Shown piece by piece: positions 1-15,314 of a stretch of 64,000 bases of DNA. This DNA is from the human T2T-CHM13v2.0 reference genome, Homo sapiens. The notes beneath the pieces were generated by a model. That model saw nothing but the letters and a program-made list of their open reading frames with translations. It searched no databases and was not told where the DNA came from. Within the stretch, counting starts at the first letter, position 1, and each line of letters starts with the position of its first letter. The position numbers and the translations under genes were made by a program. The stretch lies in the NCBI RefSeq assembly GCF_009914755.1, contig NC_060932.1; one strand, written 5' to 3'.

Positions 1-1750
1 GAAACCACCTCTGAAATCAAGAGTTCATTCCACAATCTATGGTATCTTATAACTCTGTCTGCATGGTAGCACTGCTGGTGCAATTGTAAATTGCTTGTCC
101 ATGTATGAATCTTGTGTTTTTTCTTGGAGCCATTCTTAAAGCTCCTCAACATTTCAGCCTTTCAAACATTTGAAGGCATTTGGTGAGGGAATGTGCATGT
201 ATATATATCCAGGCAATTGCCTGGAAACTTACTATTAACACCTTCTGGTAAGCACTAACATCAAAACTTATAAAATAGGTGTCAGCTGTTTGGAAAAATA
301 TTCCCTGGGACAATAATTAACATTCCTGGGACAATAGTGAACATAACACATTAATTTAGAGCACAGAGTGTGAAAACGTACAGGAAAATAGACAGGAATG
401 ACTCTGATTAAAAAGGACAATGACTATGAACAAGTTTTAGGAATTCTTTATCCAAATTAGGTCTCTTACATCGTCCTTCAGGGTTTCCAAACAATGCTAT
501 ATAATTTTTAAGATGATTTTTAAACTGGCTATTGTATTTTCAGTAAAAGGAATAACAGTGTTAAGTAACAGGAAAATAATATACTGGTTAACTGACAGCA
601 TTTTTTGTTTCTTAGTTGCTTATTAAATAGTGTATTGGATAATTTTTTATCATCCAGATAATATCCAGACAAAGATTCTCTACAAACACTATGCTACACA
701 AAAAGAAGGGCCATAGAATTGTATACACCATTTAAAGATTGATAGACTGAGGGAAAAGACAACACCGTGGGGCTCATTAAAAGATTCTGTAGCACAAGAA
801 AAACGGAATAATGTTCTGAAGATGCATAGGAATGGCATAATAGTGACAATAATTTAGTACAGAAAGCAGATAAAATTCTCAGAAATCATCTTTTTTTGTG
901 GTTTCAGTACAATTAAAACAGAAACCACAGAAATAAGAACTGAGACGTGTGATGGGAATCTTAAATGGCAGTATAACTTAAAATGGAAAGAGACCAAGCT
1001 GACTAAGGAAAGTTTGTGAGGAAACTATGATAATAGAATTAAAATCTGCCTGCAAGCACTGCAGAAAATCTAACCAGTGATGTAAAAATATGAATAAAAA
1101 CCTAGAGAAATGACTCCAGGATTCAAAAAACTGGAAGTTATTTTCTCTCATTCTCTCCAGTGCCATATTTCTGGCCACATTCCATTTCAGAGTTTAATGC
1201 TGCCTGTGCTTTAAGTAGTAATGAATTTAACAACTTCTCCCTGTGGACGAATAACAATTCAGAAAGGCAATGTCTTGGGAAGTCTACACTGATGAACAGA
1301 AACTACACATAAACCATAACTAATTGTTATGGAAACTTTGGTCAAGGGGAAGTGGGACTTAGGAATGGAAATGTAGAATGAGTCTGCTAGGCAGAATCTA
1401 GGTCCTGGCATCAATGCATAAAATAAACCACTTCTACATCCACACTTTTGGTTACCTGAGCCAATTATTTGCTCCTTCTCTTCAGTCAGTTAGGTATATA
1501 TATTTTTTTCTGTCTTAGAGGTACCATTTCTAAATAAACTAAATAAATGCACCAAAACAAGTCCATTAAATTTAATCAGGTGTTGAAAGATGGTTACAGA
1601 TTATCATTTGAAGAATGGTTAAACCCAAGTCGAAAAGAATGTCAGTTCCCATTATATGTATTTAATACTGAGTTTAAAAAATGAACACAATTTCATTTAA
1701 AATGCATAAATCTGAAAGGTGAATAACTTGAGAAAATGAAACCTTACTAA

Positions 1751-3035
<1,285 letters not shown>

Positions 3036-3059
3036 TAACAAAACAAACTTTTTATGAAA

Positions 3060-3160
3060 GGCAGTGCAGGGTATAATAGGAAGAATGGAGCTGTGTAAGT
3101 GGGAAGCCCAATTCTGAGTTCTGAATCTGTTTCTGTCACTTAGACTTTGCTCAAAGAAAT
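3060..3160 (+). mobile_element. MIR fragment
   Basis: 'gagttctgaatctgtttctgtcactta' resembles the MIR core. Confidence 0.45.
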
Positions 3161-4264
3161 GATCAGATAGACTTTCTGAGAGAGTATCCTTTTTTTGCCT
3201 TTATCACGGGATTATAATTTCAAATTTACTATGTTAACATAACATTAAATGAGTGGTTTAAATATCATCAGAAGCTATCCAGGATTCTTTAGAACATAAT
3301 TTTCAGAAGCTTCAATACAAAAATAAACAGAGTAAGTTAACATTATTGACTAAAATGGACTAATGAAAAAGGAAGCAGAGGAGAGGGAATAAGAGAAATA
3401 TGTACGTTACAGAATTCCTTGGAATAGAAAATAGACAATATCCAAGAAATTAAAGACTAAATGGATTATTCAAAATCATAAAGAAAATGATGTAAGACTA
3501 CCTAAATAACAGAAAAACTGAAAATCTATATAACAAATTATAAAGCAGCAAGTTCCTTAAAGAAAAAAAAAACCTACAGGAAATGCAATAAAATTGAGAT
3601 GGAAATCACGAAGAGTGAAGGATATTACTTAATCTTTTCAGTCAGTCCATAATAGAGCTAGTAAAGAAAAAGCATGCGAGGAATACAGAATCCTTGAGTA
3701 ACGTAATTAGAAGTTTCAGGATGAAAATATAGATATGGATATACATACAGAAATACATAGATATATACATACATTTTATAAATATAAAGTACATAAAATG
3801 TATATATAAACCTTTATTTTAGTAAGCGTATATGTAGTTGTGTATGTATACTTTTAAGTTCCCAAGGAAAATTATGAATTAAGCAATAAAAAAAACCTTA
3901 ATATATTTTAAAATGTAAAATGAATTTTTAGAAATATTTTCAAATACAAGAAAAGCAGAAATTAATAACAAATTAGAAAACTGAACAGTTCCAGAGGCCC
4001 TTATATCTGGCAGAGAAGGATGTATTTGTTTTGGCATAGTCTTTCAACATCTTTTGTGTCAATAGGAGAAACACAATTCAAATATCAAACTTACTGGAAA
4101 AAAATCATTATGAAACAATTACCTAAATGGACCAATTGGATATAATAAAAACAAGGATTAGAGGAAAGTTCATAGCTTTAAATATTTACATTGGTAAATA
4201 AGAATATATTTACATTGGTAAATAACAAAGAATTAAAAAATTGTAACTAGCATACAATTCAAAA

Positions 4265-4742
4265 TAAACCTAGTTATGTTAAGTGAAACAAGCTAGACCC
4301 AAAAGACAAATACAATATGATCTCATTTATATATGTAATCTAAAATATTCAAATTAATAGAAGCAGAGTAGAATCATGATTGCCAGGGGCTCAGGGGAGA
4401 GGGCAGTGGGGAGGTGATGGGTACAAACTTTTGATTATGCAAGATAAATAAGTCCTGGAGATCTCCTATGCAGCATTGCTCCTATAACTAATGGTATTAT
4501 ATTCTATATTTAACATTTACTAAGAGGGTAGATCTTACCTTAAATATTCTGACCAAAATGATAACAATGACAGTAAAGGAGGCAGGAATCAACTTGCAGT
4601 AGCAAAGAATACATTCATGACTTTGATGGTGGTAACAGTTTCACAGGTGTGTGCTCATCACTGAACTCACTGAGCTGTATGTATTAACTATGTACAGCTT
4701 TTTGTATGTCACTAATACCTCAATAAAGTGATTTTTAAAAAA
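4265..4742 (+). mobile_element. Old L1 3' end (L1MA9/L1MB-like)
   Basis: 'ttatgttaagtgaaacaagc..gacaaatac', 'aagagggtagatctta', ends 'tacctcaataaag'. Confidence 0.8.
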
Positions 4743-4789
4743 GGTAGCAGAATCCTCTAGTGGGAAACATAATCACTGGTGCATTTTAT

Positions 4790-5070
4790 TATCTTAAGGA
4801 AACATTTTTTTCTAGATGTGACAGTGCCATTGTGGTTATGTTTTTAAAGGGGTTCTTGTTTATACAAGCAGAAATGTTTAGAGAGGAAATGATATACTTC
4901 CTAGAATTTGCTTCAAACAATTAAAGCATAGGAAGTGGAAGGATATGAAAAGGAAACAGGACCTAATGATGATAATCAATGGAACTGCTGGGTGATATAT
5001 GGTATTTGTTATATTTTTCTATTTTTACCTATGTTTGATATTTTCCATAATAAAAAGTTTTTTAATGTAA
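4790..5070 (+). mobile_element. Ancient L1 3' end (L1MC/L1ME-like)
   Basis: 'attgtggttatg..gaaatgata..atttgcttcaaa..tttccataataaaaag' motifs. Confidence 0.6.
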
Positions 5071-5574
5071 AAAAGGAAAGCAGGAAGAAGAAATTAATTA
5101 ATATAAAAGTATAAATGAGATCAAAACAGAAAAGCAATAAATCTAGTAAGTAATCTCAAAATAATAATAAATCTAGTGGATACAAAGGAATCAAGGATTG
5201 TACCAGACCTCCAATGCCACTTTCCTCTCATAGGTTCTAAATTTGGTGGTCAAATCTGCCCTTGTGGAGTCAGCAATCTGCCAAGTCAAAAGTGTAAAGA
5301 AATAATGAAATCTTTGCTTTCCATGACATTAGCCAAAAATGACCCAAAGTATCCTTGCAATGCTACTGGTAAATACATATTTGCTGTATTTTTATTGAGT
5401 AGGCTACCTTAATAAAGGCCTCACTATATTCTACAGCAGGAGCTAAGTTAAACAGCATTACATAAAAAATAATGGCATCATTTTCTCCTACTGTTCAAGC
5501 ATACAGTGTCTGGATTTTACAAGTATCTGCTATTTCCTAATTGTCTTTTGCATATCAGTCTCCAAAACTAGGGG

Positions 5575-5700
5575 CTTTACATAGTTTAATTCTCATTGCA
5601 AAACTCAGTGTAAAACTACTTTAGAAAAGTAGAAATTTCAGAAAGGTTAAGTCACTTGTCCAAAGTCACACTACTAGTAATTCCAAAATGAGGCTTCTCA
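5575..5700 (-). mobile_element. MIR
   Basis: 'ggttaagtcacttgtccaaagtcacac' is the reverse complement of the MIR core. Confidence 0.65.
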
Positions 5701-5711
5701 GTTCTAAAGGG

Positions 5712-5742
<31 letters not shown>

Positions 5743-5752
5743 TGTGTGTGTG
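5712..5752. repeat. (TG)n microsatellite
   Basis: ~20 TG units with one TA interruption. Confidence 0.95.
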
Positions 5753-6648
5753 TTTTCTTTTTACTCCAAGGGATTTCTTCACTTGAAGAAGCTAATTTTT
5801 GATGTAACCATTTTTGAAATCATTTATGATAGTGTTCTATATGGGCATTTGTCACATGAGATTTTCAGATAAATGGAATGTTTAACAATCACAAGTCTCT
5901 TTACCACCCACATACATTAATATGGATTTGGATTTATCAATTAAATATTATCTTCAAATGCCTATAGAAGGATCTTTCTCTTTATAATTTGAAAAGACCA
6001 AATTGCAGTTCTTACTACCCTCTGAAACTAATACCAGAATAAAATTTCTAATCTTCCTGTATATAAAATTGTTCTTGTAGCATCTCTATGAAAACAAAAC
6101 AAAACAAAATACAAGAGTTACATATAACTGTACATGCGAACATATACCCTATATGTACTTGATTTCTGCTAATGGAACAACTTAACTATGATTACTATCA
6201 CTATCGTTAATCTTAGAATACCTCAAAAGTTAAAAAGTTATCTTCATATTATAAAATATCACAGAAGAGCACGTAAATTAAAACATAATAGAAACATTTA
6301 GAATACTGATAAAAATATTACTAAGAACTTAATTTTAAAAATGAGAACGTTGTTTTGACAAAATGTTATAACCCAGAGTAAACTATGCACTAATTACTGA
6401 CATGTTATATAGTAAGATCTTTTGTTTAGTTCACATGTTATAAAGAAATAAACATATTTAATGCTCATATAAGTATTTTAAATTAGTAGCCATCATATTA
6501 ATTATCAACTAAATGTTGGCGCTTTTTTTTTTTTTTTTTTTTACAAGTGGTAGAGATTGGAAGTCTTAGATACCACACCAATATCCTGAACAACACCATG
6601 GCTATATTGCATTGTACAAAAGAAAGCTGATAATCTACATCTTAATGA

Positions 6649-6967
<319 letters not shown>

Positions 6968-7126
6968 TTTACAATACATTTTTAAAGCTTCCATTTATTG
7001 TGTATTCAGTAGCTATGCAAGATTGGACATATTACTTTACTCCTCTGCGCTTCAAATACATTGATAAAATGAGTATAAAATGTATATCTCTTAGTACTGT
7101 TGCAAGAAATATATCTTATTATATAT

Positions 7127-7492
7127 TGTCATAGTCCATTCAGGCTACTTATAAAAATACCAAAACTTGGATAGCTTATAAACTACATTAATGTATTTCC
7201 TATTGTTACCGCTGTTCTTGAGGCTCCAAGATTAAGGCATCAGCATGTTTGGTGTCTAGTGAAAACCAGCTTTCTAGATCACTGATGCCAACTTCTCACT
7301 ACGTCCTCACTTAGTGGAAGGGGCAAGGCAACTCTTTGTGGCCTCGTTTATAAGGGCACTATTCCTACTCGTGAGGGCTCTGTTCTCATGACCTAGTTAC
7401 CTCCCACCAGGCTCACCTCTTAATAGCATCACACTGGTGATTAGGTTTCAACTTGTGAATCTGGGGAGTATATAAGCATTCAGACCATGGCG
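7127..7492 (-). mobile_element. MaLR solo LTR (MLT1A-like)
   Basis: Reverse complement of MLT1A motifs: 'tgtcatagtccattcaggct', 'tataagggcact', 'ctcatgacctagttacctccca'. Confidence 0.8.
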
Positions 7493-9738
7493 TATGGCAT
7501 AAAGGTAAGAGATTAGTGTGACATTCATACATATTAAGTAGCTAAGCTGAAATCTAAGCCCAGATTATCTCACTTCAAACGCCATTATTGAACCCCTCAT
7601 TTGATTAAGTGTGTCAACCAAATTGCTCTGTTTCATCTGTGTTGAGTTTTTCTCCTGAACTTGTTATATAATAGAGAGAATACAAAAAGAGAACATATTA
7701 TTTAAAAGTTCTGATGTGTCCCAAGCCATAAATAGCAGGAATTATAAAACAAGTTTCTTAAACCAAGGAGGCTGACTGTGGAAAACTGTATGAACCCAAA
7801 GTACGGCTGATATGATTGATCCCTTGTACTATGGCCTCTGCTGGGGAAAGGGAGGAAGTCTAGAATCCAGAATAAAAGTGTCATGCCTTTTCAACCTCAG
7901 GCCTATAGGAAATGTTCTAGAACCTAGATAAAGGTAAGGCAGTTCAGATACTTTTGGTAGAAAGGCTAGAGTTCCCTACTAAATTGAAGGTACCTACAAC
8001 TGAATTTTTTCTATATCAGATTGAAGAGAATTCTGTCACATTTAACCAAACACTGTATAATTTCTGTTTGAGAACAAATAGGTATTCTGACAGAATAACA
8101 TTGAACTACATGAAAATTGCATAGTATATGTGTAAAATAATTGAAAGAATAAGACATTCAAGTCTAACTTAATCTTTCAACGAAGTTGGTATATTTACTT
8201 CCTCTCTTGAATTCCTTCACTCATATTATTTTGTTTACATATCTTCCAACACTGGTTTTGCTCTTAATTTTTCTGTAGTTATTTTCTTGTCTTGTTTTCT
8301 TCAAGAAATACAAAGCTTTTTGAGAGTCAAAAATATTTCACTTATTTATAAATTTTATTTATGCACTGAATGAATACTCATTAAGAAATTGCTACATGCA
8401 AGGAACAAAAATAAATGAACATTGTAAAGACTATCAGACCTATCTGATCATATTGATCTATGAGTGAGTTAATTTTCCCAAAGACAGAAGGTTAACTATA
8501 AGATAAAGTTTCTTAATCTGAAGAACTAATGAGATATATATCATAAATTGAAACATCTTAACAATGTTTATGAGGGACTAGAACTCAATTAGTTTTAACA
8601 GATGAAAACAGGTTAGAGAAGTAACTCATCTTCAGATTTCACCTCTTCATGAAATTGGCCCTGTGAATATATTTTCTCAAGTAGCTCAAAGTGGCAATTT
8701 CTCATCTAATGTGTCATATCTGCATATTAAAATATTAATGTTCACATTTTTATCTTATTCACTTTTTATGGCATTTTTCCTCAAGAATCTACTGATGAGG
8801 GGAGGGGAAGTCTTACAGCCTCTATTCTAGCTATTGGCTTTACTCAGCCTTATTACAATATGGCCAGAACCATTGATGAGTTTAAGCAGCTTTTCTAGAC
8901 TTGTAGGAAGACTTGCCAATAGTTGGTTGTCCTTCATAGAATCCCATGGGATGTGAGCTATGAAGCTATGGCTCCTCAAATGTTTTTATTCCCTCAGTTG
9001 TGTGTATGATTTATGAGGTCATAGCCACAAGCCTGAACTATCAGCTCTGGTTGTTGGGTCTACCTTGCAGAAAGTAGATGATATGTGTCAGCCTTTCATT
9101 CGTGTGTGCAGAGACTATTTCATCTGTCTACACAGCACTCTGGGGCCTCTTTCTAGACAGTTGTTTTTAAGTGTCAGATAACTTTTCTCTGGGCATGGTC
9201 TCAAAACCCAACTTATGATGAATATTTCTAGCTAACACATCTCTGCCACTACTTCAGGCAGTTTACTGAGGTGTATCAATAAATCAATGAATCAATCAAT
9301 CTATTTATCTGTCTATCTGCTTTCACTACTACAAATATATTAACGGTTATAATTTTCATATAAGACTATGTAGACTTAAAATATTTTAATATCATTTAGA
9401 AACCTGAAGTGGAATCAGAAATAGGAAAACTGTGAGTAGCGGTTCTGATGAGTTGAAGACTGTCTGCTTAACCCTTTTCTATCTCTGTCTAAAGTTTAGT
9501 TCAATGAATGCAGAGTCCAGTGAATACTATTCTCTAAAGAAAACTCCTCCAAACGAGAAATGTTCATACTTCCTGTGGATTCAGTTGCCATTTTTAAAAA
9601 CAGGCTTTAATTAAAAGTACCACATTAAATCAGTCTTATAATGAGTGAGAACTGGTGTTCAATATGAATTACTCAGAATGATATCAATCAAGAAAAATCA
9701 GATTAACATTTCATTATACACGAGACATGATAAAATCT

Positions 9739-9798
9739 CTACGACTTCAGGAGATATGATTGAAAGGCCATTTCTTCCATAAGGTCTTGATACGATAT
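9739..9798 (-). other. Candidate terminal exon (unidentified, speculative)
   Basis: Minus-strand acceptor ctctcttctacAG at 9800-9799; three CpGs in ~75 bp; frame 0 ISYQDLMEEMAFQSYLLKS*; ATTAAA on minus at 9611-9606. Confidence 0.25.
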
Positions 9799-11150
9799 CT
9801 GTAGAAGAGAGTTCCAAAAAGTTCTCTGTTGGAATCAAAATCTTATTTCATTCTATTTTGTCCCGAGGGCTTTCATTCCTTTTAACCCATACATTTAAAA
9901 TTAAAAATTGTATGATTCAGCTTATTATAATGTCTTTCTCTGGGAGAATTAATATAATTTATTTCTACCTCCTTCTTGCATTATGTTTTAATGTTAAGAA
10001 ATCTTAAATCATTTCCTATTGTATATACATAAAACTCTTTAATATAGTGAATTATACACTCATTTTAAATATCAGTTGTAGAATTAATCCCAAACCTATT
10101 TTACGTGGTAATAGGCCACATGTTTTTAATCATTCCACCTCTTTTAATCAGTGCATAGGCTCCCTGTATAATTATGTATTGTAATGACACAGGAGAAATA
10201 TACAGTACTTGCCATGTATTGGTTGTCTAGGATACCTGTATGAGTTAATTATTAATAATGTATTGTAATGGAAAAAAGAATCTACTCATGGCAGGCAGCC
10301 CACAGTTATATGTAAATGTACTTCAACTATATAAAATATGAAAATAAATTCTAAAGAGAAATGTAAATAATATAAAAAGGAGAATGTGTGGCATGCCATC
10401 CTTCTACTTTTTTATTTGATTAAAATATTTGTGAGTTTAATTATACTTATGTTTTTACTTTTGTTAAATTATAACATCATCTATTACATTATGCCATTTG
10501 TTGCTAAATGAAGCTGGTTGTGGGGATATGCACACAATTACTTTATTTGTTAAATCTATTATAGTGAAACTGAATAAAAGATATTATTATCAATCTCTTT
10601 AATTTCAATATAGAATTTAGTGAAAATCAATATTAGAGAATACATAATTGCTAATCCTTCTTAAAACAATAGACTCATTCATTAACACAGCCTCCCCTCA
10701 ATGGCTAGCTCTTTAATCATTGACATTGTCTAATTATTTAGCAAGAAGCAAATCATATCCAGCTCTGCTGCTTTGGCCAACTATATGATGGGATCCTAAC
10801 ATAGTCCTGTACTGGATTAATTTAAGTTTGCATATAAAGTGCCTTAGTAATATATTGATTAGAGGAAAGATGGCTAGCTACACAAAGAGAAAACTGAAAG
10901 CATGCTGATGCTTGACAAAAATTCTGATAACTAGCAAGCTGTTGAGACAGGATCAGAATGGGAAATGTACCAAAAGAGTACTTATTGAAAGATGACAGGC
11001 AATTTAAAATCTCTTGAATTAAAAATTATTGCAATGTGGCTAAAAATATATGCAATACTGTATATACATTTTCTGTGAAACATGAGACTTTTCATTAGTT
11101 CTTAGTAAGCAGTATCTCTGAGCATAAAAATTATCTTCAAAAAGTACAGG

Positions 11151-11580
<430 letters not shown>

Positions 11581-12789
11581 CTAAAGGACAACCTCTTTTT
11601 TCCTTTAATTATTGGCTTCAATGATCAGTGATGACAAACAAATGAAATAGGAAGCTACTTCTAGATCGAGAGTTTTGATGAATTTTAAACAATAATCTAT
11701 GCAGAAGTCTTTCTCATTATGCCTGTTCCTCCCAAGAGAATAAGCCTAAAACTCACCGCTCACTTTAGCATTTGTCTGGAGTAGCTTTCTGCTATTGTTG
11801 TTTGGCTAGATGGTAACTGCATATTGTAATATTGTGTATGTGTGTATGCACACACCACACACATATACACAAACATAAATATGTGTTTATTCATACATAT
11901 ATATATATAAGGATGTTTTTATAAGGGAAAGCAATCAATAATTTTATTAGAATGTTTATTAAACCTAAGTTTAATATCTGTAGTATTCCAATGGAGGAAA
12001 ATAAACAATATCATCACCAAAGAATCTTACACATCTTAAGATAAGACCTATCTAGCTTCACCACAGATAACATTCAAAGTGCCCTGTAACTCCCACTTTT
12101 ACTTATCTCTCTAGCAACACTAATCCCCATATCTAAATGATGTTTTATTTTTTCATAGCCCAGTAGTTACTAAGAATATAAATGCTACTATATTAGAGAC
12201 TTGTTTAACAATAAGAAGTAAAATATAGAGTTATCACTCACTACAGACATTCTAAACAACTATAACTTTTCTTATGATTTTGTTATGTAAAATTTATAGC
12301 CTTTAATTTTTCTGCTACATCTTAAGAAATGCCTTGCCTTTCACAGGGCTTTGCACAAAATTACACATATGTAAAGACCATAAATTAAAAAGTGAACTTA
12401 ATGAGAAGTAGCAATGCACATTGAGCAAATGGTCTCTGAGGCATATGTGAAAATCATAATGCAAAAACAGATTGGTGACTCCTGAATTGTTCTCTTCATG
12501 GATCTGTTCTTAAAATAATCCTCACTAATTAGTATTAATAATTAAAAGAGATTTTAAAACAACTCTGATAATTCTGAAAAGTAGTAAAATTGAAAATCCT
12601 ACAAAAATCATAATAATAATAACAACAAAAGTCTTTTATAATTACTTAAAGCAATGTATTTCACTCTGCTTAGGTATATAAGAGAAACAGAAACTGGACT
12701 CTTATATATGCCTCATTGATTTATACAACAAGCATTTAGAGTGTCAATACTATGTAGCATGCTTGCAGAATGCCTACTCCAGCAACATG

Positions 12790-12985
12790 CACAATGGTTA
12801 AAACTATAGGCCCGGAGTCAATACACCCAGGTTCAACTTTCATTTTATTACTAACTACCTGTGCAACCCCAGGAACATTGCTATCCCTGACATTCTATGT
12901 CTTAATTTAAATCCTGGAAAGCGGGTAATGATAATATCTGCTCATTCATATAGGAGGAGCTCAACAAATATTTTCTGTTATTCTA
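12790..12985 (+). mobile_element. MIR
   Basis: 'aatggttaaaactatagg..ggagtcaatacacccaggttcaa' head and 'gctcaacaaat' tail. Confidence 0.6.
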
Positions 12986-13439
12986 AATATTAAATAAGAT
13001 AAGGCATGTATATTTATTTTTCAATACAGAGAAAACATTCATAAATAACAGCTATAGGGACAGGCCTATTCTTTTTGGGTTTGATTTTGTAAGAGTGGAA
13101 AATACAGAGTAAGATTGGCACAAAATTATCATAAGAACAGATTGGATGTCTAAGAAGATCAGGGAAATTAAGAAGAGGGAAGCAGTGAGGTGACCAAGAG
13201 CATGTAGAATGACTTTCACTTATTTTAAGGAATTTGCAGGGTGGAAATAAAGACTGGATGTCTTATTAGTCTTTTCAGAAGGGATATAAAAAGGTTAGAC
13301 ATAGGATAATTTTAAGTTCCTTGTAGAAATGTAAATATGCATAAATACAATGATAAATGCTGACAGTATATTTGAACAGGACAATTTTTGTGTATAACAG
13401 AAGTCATTCCAAGAGTACTTTCCCTTTTTACTACCATCA

Positions 13440-13605
13440 TATCAATCTAATTTTATAATCTCATCTCTTGAATCTGACCCGTTCTCTTCATTCTTTCCCC
13501 AATATCATATTCCGGTTCTCATCAGTTCTTGTCTGAACTGCATAATTATTCTCTTTAACAATCTCTGGCCTATAGTCCTATCCAACTCTAAGACATCCTC
13601 CACAA
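13440..13605 (+). mobile_element. L2 fragment
   Basis: Resembles L2 3' region 'atctcttgaatctgacc..ctcatcagttcttgtctgaactgcataa'. Confidence 0.45.
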
Positions 13606-13754
13606 ATAAACTTTTATCATCTATAAAATAACCTCCACACCCAACTAGACATAAGAGATTTATCTTTTTGATATTTATGGTACCTGATCCATAATTTCGT
13701 TACGGCAACCTGGCACCACAGAGAAAATACCAAAGAAACCATTATGTTAATCAA

Positions 13755-13900
13755 GCTTGCCGTTTACCAACTGGGTGACTTTGGAAAAAGGACTCTGCCA
13801 CTGTGAGCCTCTGTTTTATACTCAACAAAGTCTGAATGATTCCACTGACTTTGAAAAATTATCGTAATTATTTAAAAAGCATATAAATAGTGCCCAGAAA
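13755..13900 (+). mobile_element. MIR
   Basis: 'tttaccaactgggtgactttgga..ctgtgagcctctgtttt'. Confidence 0.55.
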
Positions 13901-14346
13901 AATCCATATTGTTTTTTTTTTTAAATCTTAATCAACTATGAGTTTAAGGATTATCCTCTGCAACTTCTGACTCATCCATTCCCAAGCCAATCTTGGCAAA
14001 AACTGGAAGCATAATAAAAATTCTTTTGTAACTAGAGAATTGATTCTGGACTGAGTTTACATTCCAAAGACTTGGGTAATTTAAGCAATGCCTACTAAAC
14101 ACCTACAAGCTTAGTAAACTTCAGCCTCATCCATAACTCTTAAGGTAATTATCAAGTCCATAATCCTTGCTTTATAAATCCCTTGTTTGGCTAAGGCTTT
14201 TGCAAGATAGCCATTGCCATCCCCTATCTCTTACAACTTTACCCCACTCCTTAGCTAAGAACATGCACCTTGACCTCAGTTGCTGCTATATTGGCTGTGA
14301 CCAGCTTCACACAGAGTAAAGACCTTGAACTGAGAGATATGAGAAC

Positions 14347-14865
<519 letters not shown>

Positions 14866-15314
14866 ACTTCTCACATAGGAAGCATGGAAAATCCTATCTG
14901 GAAATGCCACTTAAGCCAGAGATGACACTCTGATATCAATTGCAGATTATATCTGGATTTTCTATATGCCTTTAAATAATTTCTTGAATCTGTGGCCTCC
15001 AATTTAAATATTAACCCTGCTACTGTGGGCCTTTTCTGTCACTGCAGCTCTTCTCGGTTTGCCTAAATCAGAAATCTAGCATGCATTCTGGCCCCATTAA
15101 TACTGACAGTGTCAGTCAGAAAATGTGGGATTTGCACCGACTTCTTATTCCAGCAGAGTTTTATATGATTATGACATCATTAAAACTGGAGAGATCCATT
15201 TTGAATAATTAATTGGTCTTGATGATAGAAGGGTAAACCAAAGTAATATGAGTAATTCTTCTTCTCACATTGCAGACATTATCCAGAACTATAATTTTTA
15301 GGCTGTCTTTACTC

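Noticed and set aside
300-345. ~22-bp direct repeats (also 4182-4222, 28959-28998, 38043-38072, 50161-50200) as CRISPR-like arrays
   Set aside because: Only 2-3 adjacent units with no unique spacers; ordinary slippage duplications in eukaryotic DNA
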